Below, one piece after another: positions 58,156-64,000 of a stretch of 64,000 nt of DNA. The position numbers and the translations under genes are program-made. This stretch comes from a virus: the IMG/VR virus record IMGVR_UViG_3300010965_000427, positions 32,001 to 96,000 of that record. The stretch is one strand, 5' to 3'. Positions within the stretch are counted from its first letter, which is position 1, and every line of letters starts with the position of its first letter. The notes beneath the pieces are model-generated. The model made no database searches. It saw only the letters and a program-made list of their open reading frames with translations, and was not told where the DNA came from.

Positions 58156-59634
58156 ATGACACATTCGGCTATTATTTACACAGACGGGGGCGCGCGCCCA
58201 AATCCTGGTTTTGCAGGCTGGGGGGCGCATGGTTATTTATATATAAATGAAAAATCACAAGCTGTTAAAATAAATGGACATCAGTTAACAACAACAGGCT
58301 ATAAATTAATAAAAGATGTTTTAAATAACGAAGATCCACTAACCGTCACTGATTATTTTGACTTTTTTGGTTCTCTGTTAGTAGAAACAACAAATAATGC
58401 TGCTGAGATATTAGCTTTTATAGAAACGCTCAATCGCCTATTAACCGTAGAAGAAATAATAGATAACATTATTATTTATACAGATAGCGATTATGTTAAA
58501 AAAGGAATCAAAATAGGATTGCCAATATGGAATAAAAGAAATTGGATAAAAAGCGATGGTAACCCGGTGGCAAACAGCAACCATTGGAAACAACTTGAGT
58601 CTATATTAAATATATACAAAGAAAGAAATATTCCAATAGATGTCCATTGGGTAAAAGGACATAATTCTAATTTTGGAAATCAAACAGCAGATCTTCTTGC
58701 TACCATTGCAATATCTTATTCTAAAGATAAAATTTTATTTCAAAATTTTGCAATAACTACAGCAAAAAATTATTGGAAAAAAGTAATAATAAAACATCCT
58801 TTTATTACCCACAGAAGACTTTATTTTAATAGCCTTTTCGAATACCATAAACCTGGTCAATATTTTTTGGCAGATCCTGGAGATAGCAAAGATTCTTCAA
58901 TTGGGCGAAGAATGCCAGATACAGCATATTCTTTAATTAGATTGGCTGAACCAGACACCATTATTGAAACTGTGCTTGAGCATCAAGCCGTTGTATCAAA
59001 AAATATTAATTCAATATTAATGCTCCGTATAGACAAACTATACAGACCAGATATTTATTCTTATTTAGATAAATATAAAGGGCAGGCATTAACGCTTAAT
59101 AGTTCGTCCGGCATTAGTTTAAACTTTGTGGACAATACATCTATAACTGTAGAACAAAATCCCCCTGGTTTATGCCTAAGGGCAATTGAACATTCAGCGC
59201 TATTAGAAGAATTATTAGAATGTTTTTTGATTGATAACGGACAGCCTTCTTCTGCACGCACTTCTATAAAAAATCAAACATATCACGATATAACAAACTA
59301 CTTTTATTCAATTAATACTGCCGATGTAAAAGAAACAGCTAATAAAAAATATTTATTAAAGCCAGAAATAACTACAGCAATTAAAAACATATCTGTCGCC
59401 ATTACAATAAATATTTCAAAAGAGCATATTTTGCTTAATTCAAACATTTCTTTATTATTTGGAATAGACATTCCTTCTAGAAATTCATTAAAAAAAATAG
59501 AAGATTTAAATCCGCAGATTTTTATTATGACATGGCAAGAAAGTGATAACAGTTTTCGTTATTGTAGCATTATTGTAATAAAAGATGCAATCGGTATATG
59601 GTCAAACTTCTTTTCTAATCAGGTGTTTTTCTAA
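58156..59634 (+). CDS. rnhA: Ribonuclease HI with C-terminal extension (phiKZ gp155-like)
   Basis: IYTDGGARPNPG, TTNNAAEI, IYTDSDY and WVKGH..N.GNQTADLLA catalytic motifs. Confidence 0.9.
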   Translation: MTHSAIIYTDGGARPNPGFAGWGAHGYLYINEKSQAVKINGHQLTTTGYKLIKDVLNNEDPLTVTDYFDFFGSLLVETTNNAAEILAFIETLNRLLTVEEIIDNIIIYTDSDYVKKGIKIGLPIWNKRNWIKSDGNPVANSNHWKQLESILNIYKERNIPIDVHWVKGHNSNFGNQTADLLATIAISYSKDKILFQNFAITTAKNYWKKVIIKHPFITHRRLYFNSLFEYHKPGQYFLADPGDSKDSSIGRRMPDTAYSLIRLAEPDTIIETVLEHQAVVSKNINSILMLRIDKLYRPDIYSYLDKYKGQALTLNSSSGISLNFVDNTSITVEQNPPGLCLRAIEHSALLEELLECFLIDNGQPSSARTSIKNQTYHDITNYFYSINTADVKETANKKYLLKPEITTAIKNISVAITINISKEHILLNSNISLLFGIDIPSRNSLKKIEDLNPQIFIMTWQESDNSFRYCSIIVIKDAIGIWSNFFSNQVFF

Positions 59635-59665
59635 GTGAAAAGTATTAAAAGACTAGAGAAAATAA

Positions 59666-60064
59666 ATGCCATCGCTTCTTAGTTTAATAGAAAGATATAT
59701 ACAAAAAGGGCTTAAAATTCTGTTACCAATTAAAATTCGAAGAATGATTGTATTATCGTCTATAACAGCTTTAATCGAACAAAAGCCTCCCACTTATGAG
59801 ATTACAGAACAACTTAATAGAATATTAAATTTATGTAACAATCCAAAAGCGATTGAATTTCCAATGATAATAAAAAGCATAATTTGGAAAAAAGCAATGG
59901 AAAAAAATTCGGCTAAATTAAATAATTTAAAAACCAGCAGCACTAATGAATTAATTACTTTCTTTTTGGAAAATATTCCAGAATATTTAATTTATGGAGA
60001 ACCCAGCGATATAAAAGAAGATTTTATAAAATTATTTAATGTTATTCATTGTTCTTCTAAATAA
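59666..60064 (+). CDS. Hypothetical protein
   Basis: 132-aa ORF following RNase H. Confidence 0.6.
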   Translation: MPSLLSLIERYIQKGLKILLPIKIRRMIVLSSITALIEQKPPTYEITEQLNRILNLCNNPKAIEFPMIIKSIIWKKAMEKNSAKLNNLKTSSTNELITFFLENIPEYLIYGEPSDIKEDFIKLFNVIHCSSK

Positions 60065-60088
60065 ATTATGCAATATAGGTCTAATATT

Positions 60089-60124
60089 TGATATGCACTA
60101 GGCAAACTGGCCTAGTGCATATCA
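60089..60124. terminator. Bidirectional terminator
   Basis: 15-bp perfect stem between convergent genes. Confidence 0.7.
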
Positions 60125-60149
60125 GAAATTAATCTTAATTTTTAAACTA

Positions 60150-61112
60150 CTAAATATTAATTATTGTTTCTGCTAAACGCATAATTGAATTAGTAAAAAC
60201 TAAAGTATCAAAATAAACCATTGCGGTAAGTTCTACGTGCCTACCAACTTCTCTAGCCCCGGTCGATATATCCTTTGCCGTTTCTGGAGATATGTTTAAT
60301 TTATTAGATTTTGCAGAATCGACAAACATGTCCAATAAATCAGAAAATGCTTTTACTTCGTCTTTGATTTTTTCTAATTCATTTTTTGTCTGAACGGCTT
60401 GCAATTTTGTAGCATTTTCAAATAAAGGAGTTAAATCGCTTAATCTTCCTATTACTGATTTAAAATTTGTTTTACTTATATTTGTTGACTTTGGGAAGTA
60501 AGGCTTTAGTGTACTTACAATATGCAAATTATCTTTTTCTAATTTTTTAAATATTGAGCTGTTGTCTTTTACAGAAATGCTTTCTCCTTTATTTGTAACT
60601 AATGTAGATAGCATTGTGTGATAAAATGGAAATAGTTCAATTCTGGACTCCCTGATTTTTGTGGAAATATAGATAAGGTCACTGGAATAGTCCAAAAAAG
60701 CCCCTTTAAAACTTTCCGGTTGAGAAATAAGCAACGGCATTAAATTTAAATAGCCTAACGAATTTGCTTTTTTTATAGCAGATTTATAAATTTTTAATAA
60801 ACCTTCAGAGTTATTTTCTGCTAAAAGATGACCAATTAACTGAAGTTTTGTATTAAAAAATTCTTTTAATTTAGGAGCACTATTAATAAATATGGAAGCT
60901 GCATTGGAAATAAAACCAGATTCAAGTGCGTATCTTTTAATAGACGGATCAATAGTTGTATAACGGCTTATTGCATGTTCGTTTCTAAAAAATGAAAAAT
61001 TGTTATTTAAGCCAAAGTGAGAATTATTTATTTCGAGTTCTAAATCATTATCGCGTTTATCTATTTCTTCTATAGAAATTTCTCCAAAACCCTTCCAATT
61101 TAAATTACGCAT
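60150..61112 (-). CDS. Probable head (processed) virion protein
   Basis: A-x-E processing motif YALES; located between RNase H and UvsX as in phiKZ. Confidence 0.5.
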   Translation of the reverse strand: MRNLNWKGFGEISIEEIDKRDNDLELEINNSHFGLNNNFSFFRNEHAISRYTTIDPSIKRYALESGFISNAASIFINSAPKLKEFFNTKLQLIGHLLAENNSEGLLKIYKSAIKKANSLGYLNLMPLLISQPESFKGAFLDYSSDLIYISTKIRESRIELFPFYHTMLSTLVTNKGESISVKDNSSIFKKLEKDNLHIVSTLKPYFPKSTNISKTNFKSVIGRLSDLTPLFENATKLQAVQTKNELEKIKDEVKAFSDLLDMFVDSAKSNKLNISPETAKDISTGAREVGRHVELTAMVYFDTLVFTNSIMRLAETIINI

Positions 61113-61207
61113 GGCGTTAAAACCTTCCTATTAAAAAAAACAACACAAAGATATAATATAGCCTAAGGAGACCTAACTTACTTTTCACTCTGAAAATTGA
61201 GAAAACA

Positions 61208-62686
61208 ATGCTTTTAAGACCAGAATTTAGACCTTCGCCAAGTGTAAAAATTTTAATAAACATAGGAAGTTTGTTAGATATTCCTACTGGCTCATATCTA
61301 AAAGGAAAATATGGAGAAAGCATTTTAAATGGAGGGCTAGGCAGCATGACGGCCATTGTAGGAATAGGTAATAATTTTAAAAGCACTCTCTTACACTATA
61401 TGATGTTAAGTGCTGCTTCCAGAATACAATATTCTCACGAAACATCGATGTCAACTTACGATACAGAAATAAATATACACGAAGATCATTTAAGAAAGTT
61501 TATCAAAAGATTCCCAATTTTTTCAGAAATTGACATTATAGAAACAGGGCAGTGGATTATTACTGATAAAACAATATACTTAGCGAATGAATGGTTTGAG
61601 ATTTTGAAAAAGTTTTTAAAGTCTAAACAAGAACATTCAAAAAGTTTATTACTAAATAGTCCGTTTCTTGAAAGAGATAGAAAAACACTTATGCCGATTC
61701 TTGTTCCTACATTTAGTGAAGTTGATTCGTTGACTGAATTTGAAACATCCGATGTTGCTAAGATTAGAGACGATAACGAATTGGGAGATTCCGGAGCAAA
61801 CACAGTCCACATGAGGCAAGGACTGGCCAAGATGCGTTTTCTTATGGAGATACCGGCTCTTATTGGAAGCACAAATCATTTTGTTTTAATGACAGCGCAT
61901 ATTGGAAAAGATATACAAATGGCGTCTGGGCCGTTTTCTCCTCCAGCTACTAAGGTTTTACAATATTTAAAAAATGGAGATAAAATTAAGGGAGTTAGTG
62001 GAAAATTTGGTTATCTATTATCGTCATGTTGGCACGCCTATAACTCAACGGCTCTCATTAACCAAAGCACCAAGGGCCCGGAATATCCACGAAATCCTAC
62101 CGATAATATGCCGGGGGACACAGATCTTAATCTAGTTAGTTGCCGCCAATTAAGAAGTAAGTCCGGGCCGTCCGGTTGTGTTTTGGAAATTGTCGTTTCA
62201 CAAAGCGAAGGTGTCCTTCCAGAATTAACTGAATTTCATTATATAAAATCTCAAGAACGTTTTGGAATTTCAGGAACACAGCAACATTATTCTTTAGATT
62301 TGTTGCCAGATGAAAAACTGTCTCGCACTACTATTCGTTCAAAGATTGACGCAAATCCTTTACTTAGACGTGCTTTAAATATTACTTCTGAATTATGTCA
62401 AATACATCAATTATGGAGGCACATGGACCCAAAATTTTTATGCACTCCAAAAGAACTTTATGATAACCTTTTAAAACAAGGCTACGACTGGACTACATTA
62501 TTAAATACAAGAGGCTGGTGGAGTTTAGAAAATGATAAAAATCCAATTCCGTTTTTAAGCACTATGGATTTGCTTAGGATGGCTTCAAAAACCCGTGAAT
62601 TAACAATAGAGGATAGTTCTTATTTTCCATATTGGATGAATGAAGATAAATCGTTAAAAGAACCTTGGGCTAGTCAAAATAAATAA
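61208..62686 (+). CDS. uvsX: UvsX/RecA-like recombinase (phiKZ gp152-like)
   Basis: LDIPTG, variant Walker A GIGNNFKST, YDTE, VDSL, MTAHIG and RSKSGPSG motifs. Confidence 0.85.
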   Translation: MLLRPEFRPSPSVKILINIGSLLDIPTGSYLKGKYGESILNGGLGSMTAIVGIGNNFKSTLLHYMMLSAASRIQYSHETSMSTYDTEINIHEDHLRKFIKRFPIFSEIDIIETGQWIITDKTIYLANEWFEILKKFLKSKQEHSKSLLLNSPFLERDRKTLMPILVPTFSEVDSLTEFETSDVAKIRDDNELGDSGANTVHMRQGLAKMRFLMEIPALIGSTNHFVLMTAHIGKDIQMASGPFSPPATKVLQYLKNGDKIKGVSGKFGYLLSSCWHAYNSTALINQSTKGPEYPRNPTDNMPGDTDLNLVSCRQLRSKSGPSGCVLEIVVSQSEGVLPELTEFHYIKSQERFGISGTQQHYSLDLLPDEKLSRTTIRSKIDANPLLRRALNITSELCQIHQLWRHMDPKFLCTPKELYDNLLKQGYDWTTLLNTRGWWSLENDKNPIPFLSTMDLLRMASKTRELTIEDSSYFPYWMNEDKSLKEPWASQNK

Positions 62687-62719
62687 TTTGTTTCTTTTTT
62701 GCGTTGTTTGAGAAGTATT

Positions 62720-63043
62720 ATGGATACTGGCGAAGACCTTAATCTAGTAGAAGCTGTGTTAATGTTACTAAAGTCTGCTGGGTTATCTGATCAAAAAATT
62801 TATATTTATAGTAGTAATCGAGAACTAATTACAATCTATAATTCAACATCTGAAATTCAAAGAAGATTTCTAAATAGATTTTGGGATCTTCAATTGTTAT
62901 CTTCAAGATCAAATTCATCAAATGAAAGATTTGCATTAATTCCAGACGGAACAATATCGGACTGGTTGCGTAATTTTGAAACAGCAGTTCTTCCTTTTAT
63001 CATAACAAACAATTTACCTATTTTAATAGGGAATAAAGTCTAA
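62720..63043 (+). CDS. Hypothetical protein
   Basis: ORF between UvsX and the RNAP subunit; ATG at 62720 is the more likely start. Confidence 0.55.
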   Translation: MDTGEDLNLVEAVLMLLKSAGLSDQKIYIYSSNRELITIYNSTSEIQRRFLNRFWDLQLLSSRSNSSNERFALIPDGTISDWLRNFETAVLPFIITNNLPILIGNKV

Positions 63044-63732
63044 TGAATGCTCCGCAAAAAAACAATCAGCGAGAAATTACACAAAATTATATTATAGAAA
63101 TGCTTGATAGATTAGCACCAGGAGGCCCGACTTCAGGCATTTATAAAGATTTTTTTAGTAAAATGGACGATTTTGAATTTGATAGCTATATGACAAAAAT
63201 CAAAAATGAAGAAATAAGATTAATTTTCTATGCTCCAAATTTTGCTAAGCCGGCTCTTTCAGTTAAAAGAAATATTGAAATTGCAAAAACATTAGGGCAT
63301 TCATTTTTCCAAAGATTGTGGATAAAAGGAAATTCGGAAGTTCCCACTTATTTAACGCCAGTTCCATATTTAATTGTTGAGCTACCTCTTAGAAGAGCAT
63401 CGCAGATGCTTGTAAAAAAAATGAAGCTTCCTCAAGACAGCAATACAGTAGATACATTAACTGGCCAAGTTACTGGGCCATCAAAGGGAACTAGAGTTTC
63501 ATTTGAAGAAATGCGATTAATGGCCGCCATGGGGCTTGATAATTCCACTGTAGAATTTATGAAATATAGAGGGGGCGATATAAAAGGGGGCCAAGCACTT
63601 AACGCAATGATTACTAAGTATGGAAACGCAAGATTAGAAACTTTAAAACACTATGCCTCTGGAGTAGAGAGCACAAAAACATTTTCAACATTTTTAAAAG
63701 CAATGCACCTTTCGTCTACTCTTAAATTTTAA
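63043..63732 (+). CDS. Virion RNA polymerase subunit, C-terminal beta fragment (phiKZ gp149-like)
   Basis: D.LTGQVTGPSKG.RVS..E and E..K.RGGD..G correspond to the beta C-terminal region; position after UvsX. Confidence 0.8.
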   Translation: MNAPQKNNQREITQNYIIEMLDRLAPGGPTSGIYKDFFSKMDDFEFDSYMTKIKNEEIRLIFYAPNFAKPALSVKRNIEIAKTLGHSFFQRLWIKGNSEVPTYLTPVPYLIVELPLRRASQMLVKKMKLPQDSNTVDTLTGQVTGPSKGTRVSFEEMRLMAAMGLDNSTVEFMKYRGGDIKGGQALNAMITKYGNARLETLKHYASGVESTKTFSTFLKAMHLSSTLKF

Positions 63733-63735
63733 AAA

Positions 63736-64000
63736 ATGGAAACGCCCGTATATTCAACTTTATTCGTTGAGTTAGATGCTTTGCTCGATACGCGTTTAGC
63801 AATATTAACGTCTTTTGGCGAAGAAGCATTAAAGTTTAATTTAACAAAAAACTATTTCTCAAGAAAACACGATTTTTTTATTGGGATTAATCAAGAAGAG
63901 TATAAAATAAAATATTTGAATAGAGATAAATCAATTTTGAAAAATTCTTTATCTACTGAGTTAAGAAATGTTATTAATCAATTTATTCAAAAAACATTAT
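63736..64000 (+). CDS. Conserved phiKZ-like protein, 3'-truncated by the window edge
   Basis: Open frame METPVYSTLFVELDALLDTRLAIL... to the window end; absent from the supplied ORF track. Confidence 0.7.
   Translation, partial: METPVYSTLFVELDALLDTRLAILTSFGEEALKFNLTKNYFSRKHDFFIGINQEEYKIKYLNRDKSILKNSLSTELRNVINQFIQKTL

Noticed and set aside
1-64000. Stop-codon reassignment
   Set aside because: Core genes are full length in the standard code, with dense packing and TAA, TAG and TGA all used as stops.
1-64000. tRNA, rRNA, transposase or integrase genes
   Set aside because: No cloverleaf with a T-loop GTTCRA in intergenic gaps and no such protein motifs recognised by eye. tRNAscan-SE would be needed to exclude tRNAs formally.

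Overview
An AT-rich, gene-dense 64-kb segment of a phiKZ-like (Chimalliviridae-like) jumbo bacteriophage, read in the standard genetic code. Core blocks are recognisable from motifs and synteny, recalled without database searches: DnaB-like helicase, major capsid protein, two split RNA polymerase subunits, probable portal, virion proteins, RuvC, baseplate spike, SbcC/Rad50, RNase H and UvsX/RecA. Accessory islands lie between them. These hold three Cys-containing 24-aa-repeat (DUF285/BspA-like) proteins with signs of repeat shuffling, six FN3/FG-GAP/Calx-beta tail adhesins, a holin-like gene plus signal-peptide transglycosylase, thyA, pyrE and small paralog families. The most notable non-obvious features are five. 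(1) A 15-nt promoter-like motif occurs 8 times and is followed, in three cases, by a conserved 31-nt bulged hairpin leader. (2) Several enzyme homologs have lost catalytic residues: an S80 prohead-protease paralog, the PyrE catalytic loop and three degenerate nucleotidyltransferase-like paralogs. (3) A prion-like QQQGW(P/S)PQGYP tandem repeat lies in the gene next to an RNAP subunit. (4) There are very long intergenic hairpins, including one whose four deviations are all G-U wobbles. (5) The capsid gene is strikingly GC-rich. No tRNA, rRNA, CRISPR array, reverse transcriptase or transposase was recognised. phiKZ gene-number equivalences are from memory and need HMM confirmation.
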